64,000 nucleotides of DNA from Eledone cirrhosa. Its lineage: Eukaryota. Every line of letters begins with the position of its first letter. Position 1 is the stretch's first letter. Below, piece by piece: positions 1-13,017 of this stretch. The stretch lies in NCBI GenBank assembly GCA_964016885.1, contig OZ024743.1, forward strand, positions 297,600,001 through 297,664,000, written 5' to 3'. The translations under genes were made by a program, and so were the position numbers. The notes below the pieces were generated by a model, which had not been told where the DNA came from, searched no databases, and worked only from the letters and a program-made list of their open reading frames with translations.

Positions 1-343
1 TAACTTTAACTTAATTTGCAGGGGAATTCAGTGCGACACAGTGTGTGAAAAGGCTGACCTTGTTTTGGTAATTAAATATCCACATATTTTCCGTTTACCC
101 AAATTTACTCACAAGTCTCGAATAAACAACAAACGTCAATCGCGTAAGATGTTACGGATTGGGATCGAATCCGATATCAAACTAAATTCTTAATTATTTG
201 ACCATGCTGCATTGAGGAGGAGACGCATGCATGCATGGCCTGGTAACTTCTGAGAGAGTTGTAGGGGTGCTGTAGTGACATACGAAGTTTCTAGGACATT
301 TTTTAAAACCATCGTCGCCTTTTTGTTCAACACTGACACAGGA

Positions 344-386
344 ACGATGTACTAGTTTCAAGCTTATTAGCTATCGTCAGCATCGT
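344..386 (-). ncRNA. Minimal type-I hammerhead ribozyme (intact core)
   Basis: Minus strand reads ACGAUG CUGACGA UAGCU-AAUA-AGCUU GAAA CUAG UA CAUCGU: 6-bp stem I, CUGAnGA/GAAA core, palindromic stem III (ACUAGU), GUA site. Confidence 0.8.
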
Positions 387-594
387 ATACCTTCCTGTCA
401 GATGATTGAACGTTTGAAAGTATATACTTTCCTTATACATATTAGCTAATAAGCTTGAAACTAGTACATCGTTCCTGTGTCAGTGTTGAACAAAAAGGCG
501 ACGATGGTTGCCGAACACTGTACGGCTTAATTCGGGATGTTTGTTTACAAACAAACCGAACATTATAATAAATGTTCAGTAAACCCATACGTGC

Positions 595-625
<31 letters not shown>

Positions 626-868
626 TGTATGTATATATATACATACTACTGTACGTCTGTATACATATATGTATGTACGTGTACATACTTACATTTAAGT
701 ATCAGCCGTAATAAGAGAAATGAAATTTCGTTTCATTCTTTTCCGTTTATCGTTTTGGGTGCACCCGGCCGACTAACTCACTCGATATGCAAATTAGGCT
801 GCTCAGCCGTTAATATGCATAAGGAAAGTATATACTTTCAAACGTTCAATCATCTGACAGGAAGGTAT

Positions 869-911
869 ACGATGCTGACAATAGCTAATAAGCTTGAAAC
901 TAGTACATCGT
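869..911 (+). ncRNA. Hammerhead ribozyme copy with mutated core (CUGACAA)
   Basis: acgatg ctgacaa tagctaataagctt gaaa ctag ta catcgt; same as 344-386 except G8->A. Confidence 0.65.
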
Positions 912-1127
912 TCCTTTGTCAGTGTTGACCAAAAAGGCGACGATGGTTGCCGAACACTGTACGGCGTAATTCGGGATGTTTGTTTACAAACAAACCGAAC
1001 ATTCTAATAAATGTTCGGTAAACCCATACGTGCATATATATATATATATACATGCTACTGTACGTCTGTATACATATATGTATGTACGTATACATACTTA
1101 CATTTACATACATATATATATATATAC

Positions 1128-1203
<76 letters not shown>

Positions 1204-1280
1204 GTGAGTGCCGGGTTCGATCAAAGGTAACGACAGTAAGTAAGGTACTCAATACATTAGTAGAGTGTAAGCATAAAATC

Positions 1281-1379
1281 TAATATAGAAATGGTTTCTA
1301 CAGGACTAGAACTGTTTCATTCGAAGAACATAACCAAGAATGAAATAGTTCTAGTCCTGTAGAAGCCATTTCTATATTA
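1281..1379. repeat. Fold-back hairpin (~42-bp arms)
   Basis: taatatagaaatggtttctacaggactagaactgtttcattc pairs with gaatgaaatagttctagtcctgtagaagccatttctatatta. Confidence 0.85.
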
Positions 1380-2054
1380 AATTTGTTATATATATATATA
1401 TATATATAGATATAGATATAGATTACAGTTATTAACTTCAACTCACAAGAGTTGCTACTGACGGTTTCCAATTGAGCATTTAGCTTATATTGTGAATTTG
1501 CACATGCGCACGCATAGTTTTCTTTCAGGCAATAAATATATATAAGGTAGCTTTAATAATAGTATTGCCAACCAACTTCTACCACTGGCTAACCAGTGCC
1601 ACATTTCTATGTTTCGGAATTCTTCACACCAAACTTGAATCATACCAAAAAGAAGAAATCGCAGCACTCCTGTGCTCTTGGAGTCCGCTTGCATTACCAC
1701 CGATAATCCGACTGGATAAAAATAATAATAAAATCTTATGCAACAAGAAAACGAATTTAAAGTATTTACTATAGGACCACATAAATATCCAGTCAGAATA
1801 ACGGGGGAATTATACAAATAGCTATGAAACATGAACAAAACAAAAGAAAGCTAAGAAATTATATTCTAAGAAGCCAACATAACAAAACGGAGATTGAAAT
1901 GAGAAATAATTATGAAGAAAAGTGAGAAACAACGACAAAAATTGTTGAAAAAAACCCCTGAAATATAAGAACCTAAATTTCTTTTTAAAAACAGTAAATG
2001 CCACGGTAAAACTGAAAGAAAAAATTCTACACGTGAAATACCCGATAAATTAAC

Positions 2055-2300
2055 TTAGGTAAATATAGCGACAAACATGACAGAGTTTGGATTTATATAC
2101 ACTGGCAGTTATACCGGTATTATGAAATACCAACAGGAAAAGTGGCATAGATATATACCAGAAAAGATCCCAGAGAATAACAAAATAGCTATATTAAGAG
2201 ATATACCCATATACAAATATCATGGCTAAGTCACATATTATTGTTAAAGATAACAAGGAAATAGCACTCATTGCTAGATACATATTAGATAGAGTACTTG
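2055..2300 (+). pseudogene. Decayed C-terminal fragment of an RLE-type (R4/Dong-like) non-LTR retrotransposon
   Basis: Manual translation across frameshifts gives KYSDKHDRVWIYIHWQLYRYYEI..KWHRYIPEKIPENNKIAILRDIPI..IIVKDNK, resembling the RHD..IHW..W..P..EN..ILWD..PDI region before the REL nuclease. Confidence 0.5.
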
Positions 2301-2563
2301 AGTACTTTAATGCAATAGAAACAACACCAAAACAAAACACTGCACATACTCAAGGCACACAGAGCTGCGCTTGGTAATATCGGTAAAGCACCCAATAAAA
2401 TAAAACTGCTGTATAATTTTTTTATATACCTCGAAGGGCTTATTCACGCATACGCTAGGAATAACAAATTGGCATAGCTGTTACAATAGTGTGGCGATTA
2501 CGCAATAAATAATTAGACGTATGAAAATATTGATATACGGTACGTAAATGAAATACATAATGT

Positions 2564-4287
2564 ATAGATAGATTTCTTTATTTACCATAAAGGCATAAAA
2601 AGAAGGGACAAATACAAAGGGGGAGTTTACATATAATCGAGTAAAAAGGGTGTAACATGAAAATAATCGAAAATAACCTCAAAAGGGAGGGGACGTGATG
2701 GGGGTTGCACACACCCCCGAAAAAGTGTGCAATCCTTTGCCCGGGGAGCACACGGAGAAGGTGCTCCCCTCTCCTTTACTTCTTTACCTACAGGATGGTA
2801 TACAGAGAAGGCCCATTTACACGAGCCATTCTCGCCACTATCACCCACCTTTCATAAAACTGCCTGTGGCCAAGCACCTCTCTCTCCATTCTTATCCTTC
2901 TTCCGAAGTGATATCGGAAGAAGTAGACCAGACTATGGCCAGAGAGGAAGTTGCCTGACCTCAGACCTTTCAATCGTGTCCACCAAACAACCTCTTTCAA
3001 CATGGCTATTACGCACAGAAAAACCGCCTTTGCTTCCTTTGTGAAGAGGGGGGGCGGTTTGATTGTCATCACGGACTCGGCGGTCAATTTAATCGGCGCC
3101 ACCCGCGACAGCAGTTGTTCGGCGTAGCCCCACAGATCAGCCACGCCCGGACATTGCACCAATGCGTGCGCCACGGTTTCTTCGTGACGCACGCATCTAG
3201 GGCAAATCTTTTTTGAGGGATCCCTGCCCGGGCGCCCGTGTCTGTAGAGCCTCTCTCGAACGGGTAGAGCCCCTCGGTAGCACTGCCAGGCCAGTGACTT
3301 CTGGAAGTTGTCCATTGGTCCTGGGCCGAAAGTCCTACCGAACAGGCTGGCCAGTTCGTCTTCTTCCATGTCCAGCGACTCTCCAAGGGTGTCATCGCCC
3401 CTGCTAGCCACCAGCCCTCTATAGAATGATGAGGTGGATTCTCCACCGATGGCCCGGCCCGCTTGCCAGAGAGCCCTGAGCGCCTGAGCACACTCAGTGT
3501 GCCAGTCTCCCAGTTTTCCGGATCTTTGCTTGACCCAGGACTGTAGCTCGGTGAGTGAGACGAGTCTCGGAAAGGCTCGTTTCACGAACGGAGCCCACAC
3601 CGGTTGACCAGTGAGGAATACCTGTAGGTGCCGTAGCCTTAATGCGTGCCTACGCATCATCAACCACGGCATCCCCAGCCCTCCTTTCGAAGGTTGTTGG
3701 CAGCAGATGGATCTTCTCACCATAGGAGGACGCTTCTTCCAAAGAAATTGGAAGAGCATGCGTTCCATGGTGGTGAGTGTTTCCTTAGGGCAAGGCACGA
3801 CAGTCAGGCGGTAGTAAGTGACGGACGCTATGTAAATGTTCGCCACCTCCGCCCGGCCTTTTAGGGACAGCTTACACTTGGCCCATTTCTGGGTTAGTGC
3901 AAACACCTTGTTCGTAACCTCGTTCCAGTTCTTTTCCACCTGGAGGTCCGGTCCAAACCAGACCCCAAGCAACTTTACCGGGCCCTCCGTCCAGTGTCCG
4001 ACGACACCGTCAGGAGGCATCGGTTTGCCTCTCCACGTTCCGAGTTGCAGCCCGATGGATTTTTCCCGGTTCAGTTTCGCTCCTGACAACCTTTCGTACT
4101 CCTCCAGTAAGGTACCGATCGCCTCGATCTCCGAGTCGGTTGATACCATTACTGTTACGTCATCGGCGTAGGCCGACACCGCTTTGCTCAATCCTGGTTC
4201 CAGGGGGATACCCTGCAACAACTCCAACTTCCTCAGTAAAGGCTCGAGAGTCAATACGTACAGAAGGGAGGAGAGAGGGCACCCCTG
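2564..4287 (-). mobile_element. 5'-truncated Tx1/L1-clade LINE
   Basis: QGCPLS-like sequence at ~4287, RT and zinc-binding C-terminus, then a 3' UTR ending AATAAAG followed by an (ATCT)n-like tail at ~2564. Confidence 0.85.
2788..4254 (-). CDS. ORF2 fragment: reverse transcriptase C-terminal half plus zf-RVT
   Basis: AYADDVT, SGAKLNREKS, KLLGVWF, KGGLG and CPRC..HALVQC motifs. Confidence 0.88.
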   Translation of the reverse strand: MTLEPLLRKLELLQGIPLEPGLSKAVSAYADDVTVMVSTDSEIEAIGTLLEEYERLSGAKLNREKSIGLQLGTWRGKPMPPDGVVGHWTEGPVKLLGVWFGPDLQVEKNWNEVTNKVFALTQKWAKCKLSLKGRAEVANIYIASVTYYRLTVVPCPKETLTTMERMLFQFLWKKRPPMVRRSICCQQPSKGGLGMPWLMMRRHALRLRHLQVFLTGQPVWAPFVKRAFPRLVSLTELQSWVKQRSGKLGDWHTECAQALRALWQAGRAIGGESTSSFYRGLVASRGDDTLGESLDMEEDELASLFGRTFGPGPMDNFQKSLAWQCYRGALPVRERLYRHGRPGRDPSKKICPRCVRHEETVAHALVQCPGVADLWGYAEQLLSRVAPIKLTAESVMTIKPPPLFTKEAKAVFLCVIAMLKEVVWWTRLKGLRSGNFLSGHSLVYFFRYHFGRRIRMEREVLGHRQFYERWVIVARMARVNGPSLYTIL

Positions 4288-4849
4288 TTCAATACTCCCG
4301 TATCACCGATGAGAAGCCGAATGTGGGGGTGATGACAATCATGGTTAAAAACATTTAGTTTGTATCACTATTAGTGTTACTAATATAATATTACACTATT
4401 AGTGTATACTAATATCACTATTAGTGTTACTAATACAATACATTTTATACAAGCAAAATGATGTCGAAAAAACAAAGAAATAACTTTTATTAAATCTTTG
4501 AACAAATCATTGTAAAACCAAGTGGCGTCATATGCGAAGGGGCGTTAAACAGGCCAGCAAATACGGTACTTAAAATAAATCATGATAATTGTTTCTAAAT
4601 TAAGGACAAGGCCAGGAAATTGTGGAGAGGGGTAAGTTGATTAAATTGACGCTCGATATTATTAAAAACTGGTAGCAGTTTTTAATAATATAGAACGAAG
4701 AAGGAAAACATTTACCACGGTGAAATTTGTACTGAAAATATAAGAGCTAGAATAAAGCTCGAACGATTCTGAAGATCCTTGTTGGTAAAACCTTAATTCA
4801 TTCTTGTAAGGCAATTAGGTATTTAAAGTATAATTATTATGAATAGAGG

Positions 4850-5050
4850 CATGGTAAGAGTGTTGGAATTACGATCTTAATATCGTAGGTTTGGCTCCTA
4901 GATTGGGCTTTGGATTGTGTTGAGCAAAACATTTATTTGTACGTCGCTCCAGTATACTCAGTTAAAAATAAGTACCAGTAATAGCTGGGGATTAACCCTG
5001 CAATGGGCTGCCGTCCTGTCCAGCGGGATTCACTTCACGCCACAGAAACC
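4850..5050 (+). mobile_element. Degenerate tRNA-derived SINE (CORE-like family)
   Basis: Degenerate tRNA-like head, ttgagcaaaacattta core and ccctgcaatgggctgccgtcctgtccag block; related copy on the minus strand at ~24258-24495. Confidence 0.5.
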
Positions 5051-5060
5051 AAGATAAGCA

Positions 5061-5583
5061 CAAGCGAGATCGATAGAGAGGAAGGAACAGAGGTCATAGC
5101 AATAAATACATAAGTATGGATTCAGAGAGACGAGGCTGCGTGGTTACTGATAACGAGTGTTAGAAAGTTAAGGGAACATAAACAAGAGATGGATATTCTT
5201 TTCATCAGTTGTCTACTACGGATCACGGATGTTTCAGCGCATTATAGACAATACAGCTATCCGTAGCGCACCCATAACTTTTTAGCAATAGGTTATGAGA
5301 GAAAGAAAAGACGAAAAAGAGGCGACAGCGAAGAGAGAGAAAGAGAGAAAAAAAAGAGAGAAAAAAAGAGAAAAAAAGAAAAAAACATGACGATAGAAGG
5401 GGGAAACACAGGACAATGGCACATGTAAGTAAGTAACCAATGGGAGAGAGAGATAGGAAGATTTGTGTTCCCTTAACTTTCTAACACTCGTTATCAGTAA
5501 CCACGCAACCTCGTTCCTCTCAATCCATATTTATGTATTTATTGCTGTAACTTCTGTTCCTTCCTCTCTATCGATCTCGCTTG
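5061..5583. repeat. Inverted repeat, ~120-bp arms (5061-5182 / 5461-5583)
   Basis: caagcgagatcgatagagaggaagg...gttaagggaacataaa versus tttgtgttcccttaac...ctatcgatctcgcttg, with scattered mismatches. Confidence 0.85.
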
Positions 5584-5865
5584 TTTTTGTTATTCTTGGT
5601 CAGTCTTACCACCTTTTGGGATTAACTGTTTTCCTTCCTCCTCCATTTCTCTCTCTCCTCACTCTTCTCTCTCTCTTTCTCCCCCTTCTCTCCCTCTCTC
5701 TCTCTCTGCCTATACCACTTCCATTTCCTTCGTTTCTCTCTCTCTCTTTACGCCATTCTCACCGAGAATAGACGTGTTCTTCTTAGCTCTCTCGCTGTAA
5801 ACAAGGCTCCTGAGCTTAAACCCAACTGCCTTTTTTTAACTTCTTCCTCTCTCTCCCCTCGGTTA

Positions 5866-5935
<70 letters not shown>

Positions 5936-6086
5936 ATTTATGTGTATATATCGACACAAACATTCAATTTATTTCAATAGAAAGTCTGCATTTTGACACC
6001 TTAGCACACCAGCCATTCTCACTGAACCAGAACAATTTCTCCCCTCCCATTTCTTGACCATTATCTTTGTTTGGAGGGTGGTCGAT

Positions 6087-6228
6087 TGGCAGTATCGGTA
6101 GAATGTCTGACGCCATGCTTTGCTGCATAGAGTTACGGTCCTTTATAATCTGATTTCAAATCCCGCCGAGGTTAGCTTTGCCTTTCATCCTTACTGGGTC
6201 GATGAAATAAAGCACCAGTAATACACTG
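6087..6228 (+). mobile_element. tRNA-derived SINE, dominant family of this window
   Basis: A box tggcagtatcgg, degenerate B box atttcaaatcc, conserved body gcctttcatccttac.gggtcgat.aaataaag.accag. Confidence 0.8.
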
Positions 6229-6537
6229 TGCGTGAATGTTTTTCTGTCTGTGTCTGTCTTAGTATATGTATGTGAGTGTATGAGAGAGTGTGTGTGAATG
6301 TTTGTGAGAGTGGATGTGTGTGTGAGTGTATGTGTGTACGAGTGTATGTCTGATAATTTTTATTTTCATTTGGATTAAAACAATAGAAAACAACACAACG
6401 ACGTCACTTATTTCCAAGCCAGGCATTGTAAACCTCCTTCTTTACTTGAATGGAATCTTTGAGCACTTGATTGAATCAACAGGTCCTTCTGCTACCCAGT
6501 ACCACACCAAGCCAATTTTTCCCACCTTAATTTTAAC

Positions 6538-6605
<68 letters not shown>

Positions 6606-6614
6606 TACACACAC

Positions 6615-6728
<114 letters not shown>

Positions 6729-6855
6729 GTAAATCTACCAAAATATACGGTAGTGTCCAATCCGTATGAAGAACTCAATGTAATCCAAATATCATGAAAA
6801 GAGAAGATGTATTCAACATTTTTTTCGATGAAAATCACAGGAAAACAGAGTCAAG

Positions 6856-7236
6856 ATAAATTAATAAAAACAATGAATAAAAACAAAGAAACAGTTCCTT
6901 ATATAAAAAAATTCATCATTTTACGATCGTTTCTAGGATATATATGTGTGTGTTGGTATGTATATCATATAGATCTATGTAAACATTTTACAAACTATCA
7001 GAGGGAATATACATACCTACACATATATATGTTGTCTTCAGAAATAATTATTTCTGATGACAGCATATATATGTGTAGGTATGTATATTCCCTCTGATAG
7101 TTTGTAAAATTTTTACATAGATCTATATGATATACATACCAACACACACATATATATCCTAGAAACGATCGTAAAATGATGAATTTTTTAATATAAGGAA
7201 CTGTTTCTTTGTTTTTATTCATTGTTTTTATTAATT

Positions 7237-7239
<3 letters not shown>
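6856..7239. repeat. 384-bp loopless palindrome with two back-to-back hammerhead motifs
   Basis: Centre gaaataa|ttatttc (7047/7048). The arms match with a few mismatches. The right end runs into (TA)n. Confidence 0.92.
7047..7180 (+). ncRNA. Hammerhead-like motif with long (~100 nt) stem II; mirror copy on minus strand ~6915-7048
   Basis: attattt CTGATGA cagcatatatatgtgtaggtatgtatat...atatacataccaacacacacatatatatccta GAAA cgatcg TA aaatgat. Palindromic stem III acgatcgt; base of stem II mismatched. Confidence 0.6.
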
Positions 7240-7276
<37 letters not shown>

Positions 7277-7550
7277 TATACATACATTCATAATTCATAC
7301 ATGCACACATACATGAATGTATACAAAAATTGAGAGCAAATTGAAGAGCAAATATAGAGGAGCAAAATTGAGATTAAAAGAAAAAATTGTGGAGCTTTAA
7401 GAAAATTTTATTTCAAAAAGTTTTGTTATTTCGAAATTTCCTACTGATGTATCTGAATATTTAGAAAATTAATAATTGCAGCTGGTCCGTCATAATATTC
7501 CAAGAGAGGTGCATTATTGCAATTTTTCTTCCGATATTAATTATAGCATA

Positions 7551-7643
<93 letters not shown>

Positions 7644-8536
7644 TTTTTCGATTAGGTAAACATAGTTTGTTGGCGACAAGATTTAAAAAAAAAACTGATG
7701 AATTAATAAAATGTTTGGCTATTCAGTGAACAGCAAATAATGTTTTTGTCCATCTTGGCTCGATTATTCTAACATAGTGACATTAGAAAAATATTAACGT
7801 GTATGTGTATACAGAAAGCAGTCTTATTAAACGACAAAAGTTAACTTCATTTTCTCATCTCCAAATGGAGCAAACTAAAGGCAAAAATGTTTTTTGAAGC
7901 CTGTGATTACACTCATATGTTTCTTGTTATTTTTCCAGTGGATGAAGCTATTATGTTGTATTGAATTGTTTTGCGTTTTTTTCTAACTCTACCTACAGAA
8001 ATTCCTACCCTAGCTATTGTGTAATTGTAGGAATATTTAAGCGTATCGATGCCCACTTTGTGTACAAATATTTATATATAAATGTATATATATATATATA
8101 TTTATATATACACACACGCACACATATATAGATATATATTTATATATATATGGATGTGTATATATGTGTGTATGTGTGTGTGTCTAGTAATATATATATA
8201 TATACATATCCACATTATATATGTTATATATGTAATTACATATATACCAAATATCTATATATGTATGCGTATATATGCATGATGTATATGTATCTATGTA
8301 TACGTAAGTATGAATGGAAACATATGTATCTATATGTTTATATATACACATATATATATATATATGTTTATATATACATGTATATATATATATATGTATG
8401 TATGTACATACCTATACATGTATGCATAACATATCTCTTTGCCAGATTCCCAGTCTAAATTCCCTCTCTCTCACTCTCTCTGTATATAAATATACATGCA
8501 TATCGTACATATATATGTATATAGTATATGTACACA

Positions 8537-8607
<71 letters not shown>

Positions 8608-8617
8608 GTAGATACGC

Positions 8618-8649
<32 letters not shown>

Positions 8650-8678
8650 TCATATATATATATATATATATGTAGATA

Positions 8679-8731
<53 letters not shown>

Positions 8732-8808
8732 AGATACGCATATATATATATATATATATATGTAGATACGCATATATATATATATATTCATATATGTATA
8801 TATATATA

Positions 8809-8851
<43 letters not shown>

Positions 8852-9478
8852 GCACATGTATACGTATATATATATATATATATATATATACTTGTGCTAT
8901 TAAATATTGACTAACAAGGATTGCGTATACAACACAGCAATCAGTAAACGATGATGCAAGTAGGTTCAAGCACTCATAATCATGTATCTTTCCAAATGTG
9001 ATTTGGTAGTCCGTGACTGAGTATACGTGCAATAGTCATAATTGCAATGGCCGTATGTGGATATTCGTAGTTCATTTTATTCATAATTTACCGTAATATA
9101 TATTTTTGTCGTGTGAATGTTTATGCAATGGTTTCATTACGCAACGACCAACACGACTTCATCGAACAATATTTTAAGTAATAAGTTTGTTATGTAATAT
9201 TATTAATGCAATGGAGGCTTTCGATAAGAGGACAGGCTCTCATAGGACCAACATCGAATTCCTACGTCCTCTTATCGATAGTATCTAGTGCAATAAAATT
9301 GTTGCACAACATCTTTATCACTTAAAATGGTATTTGATTAAGTCGTGTTAGTGTTTGTGATGGCTGCATTGCTTAATTATTAAGTCCACAGAAATACGTA
9401 TAACGACAGATTATGAATAAAATGAATTGTGAATAACTACATCCGGTCTTCGCAATATTCATTATTGTATGTATATAT

Positions 9479-9616
<138 letters not shown>

Positions 9617-9693
9617 ATAACCATCTCTATATCTACGTGGTTATCTATCTATACATTTGAGTGGGTTATTCTGAAAACTGATGTGTTTTGAGA

Positions 9694-11082
9694 TCAAGAG
9701 AAATTAGTAATTGATAGGATAGTTGCCATGCCTACAACAAAAATCGTTGGAGTAAAGCCTGACACCGCATCGCTCCTGCTTCTGTTAGAGTTGGTCGCAG
9801 TATAGCGTGGGCGTTGATCATCAAACGTTTTGTCTTCACGATAGATCCGTCCAATCATTGTTGCAGAATGCAGGGCATTGTTGAATATACGGGATGATGC
9901 CATTTTGCCATGCTCATACCGCCAAACTTCATCATCAAGAACTTGATCTCCTTTATCTAAAAATACCATCTGTGGATAAATATTATCTGCCGTGAAATTA
10001 AAACCGGAGAGGCTGAATCTTGTAAAGTATGTATTAGCAGACAAGACATTTTGTCCGCATCCTCTGTCACAGTTTATTACCGTACAAATCTCATACGACA
10101 TACGTCTGTTTAAAGCTTTTATAAAGCCCTTGAAGATGCCTAGGCTGTATTTCTCCGATTCTAGAGATTGGGATGAGTAATCTACTCTACAACAAAAGGA
10201 ACTGCTACATATGCTTACGTTGTCAGAATATTTTGACAGTTCGATGGATTTAAAATTAACGTTTTGACCGAGTATTTTTATATTGAAATATTCGAATCGA
10301 CCAAAAGAAACTGATAAATGAGGAATGACTGGTTTCTTTTTTCTTAAGAAATAGTTTTCTTCCACATTTTCAATGATTAATTCGCCTCTCGGGGAGTCAG
10401 GTTTATTATAATATGAGCTTTTACGATATGGAAAGTATATGCCGCTTCCGTACGACTGAATAGACTTCTCGTGTAGTGTAGCTGCTAGAACATTGACCTC
10501 GTTTCCAATTGCAAAACTAGAATGCCATTGAAGACTGCTAAGCAAAGGCGATTCTGTTTTCCAAGCATTGGGGATGATTATGTTCCTCACTTTCCGATCA
10601 TTTATAATTGTCTTCACTGGTTCAGCCAACATAGTATCGTAAGAACTCACTATTGCAAATGTGTTCTCAGAAGTCTCAAAAGTGACAACATTGAAATCAT
10701 CTGGACTATCAAAGTACGGTTCGTGCAACAAAGCATGTCTGCGGTATTTGGCAACGAGCTTTCCTTCTTTCGAAAATACAACGGTGGTACTGTAATGAAA
10801 ATAACCATGGTCATGACATCTATGATCTAGCCGTCGGGTGCATCTTGATTTCTCACCTAAGCTAGCAACAATGTAGATTCTGTGATCTCTAGCCAAACAA
10901 CTCAGCTTCTTCTGGATTGCTTGATCATCTTTTACGTCTCTGTCATCGCATGGGTTCCATGATCCACGTCCTGCATCCGGAACTGTTTCCAAGAATGGAT
11001 GAATAAAGTCACGGATGTTTTCTAAACGGCTGTCAAACACACCGAACAATCCATATTCAGGAAATACGATAATGTCAACTCT
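9694..11082 (-). CDS. Vanin/biotinidase-family (C-N hydrolase, symplectin-related) protein, exon 2 of 2
   Basis: DIIVFPEYG, WNPC, LSCLAR..IYIVA, VVF..GKLVAKY, IIPNAW, NVLAA..GSGIY, C..FCC base domain and a hydrophobic GPI-like C-terminus. Acceptor ttttgcag precedes AGA at 11082 (phase 0). Confidence 0.9.
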   Translation of the reverse strand, partial: RVDIIVFPEYGLFGVFDSRLENIRDFIHPFLETVPDAGRGSWNPCDDRDVKDDQAIQKKLSCLARDHRIYIVASLGEKSRCTRRLDHRCHDHGYFHYSTTVVFSKEGKLVAKYRRHALLHEPYFDSPDDFNVVTFETSENTFAIVSSYDTMLAEPVKTIINDRKVRNIIIPNAWKTESPLLSSLQWHSSFAIGNEVNVLAATLHEKSIQSYGSGIYFPYRKSSYYNKPDSPRGELIIENVEENYFLRKKKPVIPHLSVSFGRFEYFNIKILGQNVNFKSIELSKYSDNVSICSSSFCCRVDYSSQSLESEKYSLGIFKGFIKALNRRMSYEICTVINCDRGCGQNVLSANTYFTRFSLSGFNFTADNIYPQMVFLDKGDQVLDDEVWRYEHGKMASSRIFNNALHSATMIGRIYREDKTFDDQRPRYTATNSNRSRSDAVSGFTPTIFVVGMATILSITNFS

Positions 11083-11349
11083 CTGCAAAAGAAAACAAAA
11101 AGCAAAAATATATTTAAATATAAGTACAATTTCACAGTTTAAATAATGCTGATCAGCATAAAACAATATTCGTTACATACGTCCTAAGTAGAATGCTTGC
11201 ATGAATACAGAGTATAGCATCGGATAAACAAACAATATAATCACTACATGTTACGTAGAAATATTCCATCAAAACACACACATATTCACGCACAATCTTC
11301 AATTTCTGGGTACTTATAAAAGTAGATTCACATAAACGTGCATAAATAA

Positions 11350-11960
11350 TTGTTTCTACTTTAGGCACAAGGCTAGCAATTATCCAGTGCATTACTGGTA
11401 CTTTATTTTATCGACCCCGTAAGGATGAAAGGCAAAGTCAACCTCGGCGGGATTTGAACTCAGATCGTAAAGGGACGTAACTATGCTGGAAAGCATGGCC
11501 TCCGACTCTCTACCGATACTGCCAATCCACCATAAATAATGATTTCTACAAGGTTCTTAATTTTTGGGAAGGAGAAAGCTGATTATATCGGACCAGTACT
11601 CAATTGGAAATTTATTTTATCGATCCCTGGAGGATGAAAGGTGCTGTTGACCACGGTAAGATTTGAACTTAGAACGTAAAGGGCTGTAAATAAACGCCGC
11701 AAAGCATTTTCCCGATGATCTAATGATTCTGCCAAGTCAGCGCCCTTAATGGTTTTTAATTTAAGCACAAGACTAGCAATTTTAGGGGAAATAGAAAACC
11801 TATTCCATCGATGGCAGTACATGGCTAGTACATTATTTTATCGACCACGAAAGGATGAAAGACAAAATTGACCTTAACAGGATTAGAACTCAGAACGTAA
11901 AGAGCCAGAGAAATTATTGCTAAGCCTTCGTCCAACTCTCTGACGACTCTACCAATCCTC
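11350..11960 (-). mobile_element. Cluster of three tandem tRNA-derived SINE copies
   Basis: Repeated ttttatcgacccc..ggatgaaaggcaaagtcaacctcggcgggatttgaactcag (reverse complement of B box and body) at ~11405, ~11615 and ~11835. Confidence 0.8.
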
Positions 11961-12959
11961 TGCAATAATTAAGTATAAATAATCACACCAGTTCAATAAT
12001 CTCACAGCCATTTCATTTATCTGTGCTAACTAGGTCTAATGATACATTATGTAGAAGGGAAGGAATAACGTTTATTACTGGATTTTATTTTAATGGCCTC
12101 TTATGAATGAAAAGGGAATTAAATTCTGATGGAATTTGAAGTTAGATCGTAATAAGATCAAACTAAATACTGTTAGGCATTCATTTACTCTGGCATATAA
12201 TTGTTTTCACCATCTCATTGACTTCAACCATTTTATAAGTTAGAGTTATCGTTTGCGTCATTTCCCATGCTTTCACTAATTAGAATAACAAAGAGCTTAT
12301 CCCGGTTTATGGGCGTTAAGCAACCGAAAATATAAGGTTTTTCCCTGATAAAAGACTTTGCCAGTACGTCGCAGGGCTGACCCTTTATTTTATATCAAAG
12401 TTTATGTATTACTGATTGGGTAAATGCCGTGATAATATAAAATCTTATTAAACTGTCATTAAAGCTTATAATTTCTGCATCAGCAGATAAGATACATCCA
12501 CAATTGACAGCTAAAATTTAAAAATATGAAACAGTAACAGCAAAATATTTGATAAGGACACCAGAACTTGATACTACACTTGTGATTGGCGTTTAGTCTA
12601 GTATTAGATCTCAGTTTTTATAAAATAATATAGAACATTACACAAGTACCGAAGGATTATTTAATCTAATTTGCCGTTCAGCATAGTATGTACTTCAGCT
12701 ATAAAATATCTATTCTGAAAAACTATGAATTCAATGAAACCGGTAGATAAAGATTCTTGTTTGCATATCCAAAATCCAGCGGTAGAAAATGAATCCATAC
12801 CTTGGGAAAGTTATTTTGTGTTGTTCAGACTGACATATATACTTAGAAAGTATATTTATACGACAGTATGTAAATATTAATATGTATGTCACTATTACGT
12901 GAAAAATACCCCCCCCCCCCCCCCCCGCAGATATATAAAGTGTTGTTTCTGCAAAAGGA

Positions 12960-13017
<58 letters not shown>

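Larger units (their letters stand above)
307..1105. repeat. pLTR-like composite repeat: inverted copy (307-443 vs 811-948) plus direct copy (444-697 vs 884-1105)
   Basis: aaccatcgtcgcctttttg...ttccttatacatatta is the reverse complement of 811-948. gctaataagcttgaaactagtacatcg...catacttacattta recurs as a direct repeat. Carries a hammerhead motif. Confidence 0.85.

Noticed and set aside
6087-6170. tRNA-like A/B boxes here and in other copies
   Set aside because: SINE heads, not tRNA genes: no cloverleaf, and followed by the SINE body.
11083-11166. N-terminal 28 aa of the 490-aa ORF
   Set aside because: Intronic polypyrimidine/acceptor sequence; the true N-terminus is exon 1 at 29373-29131.
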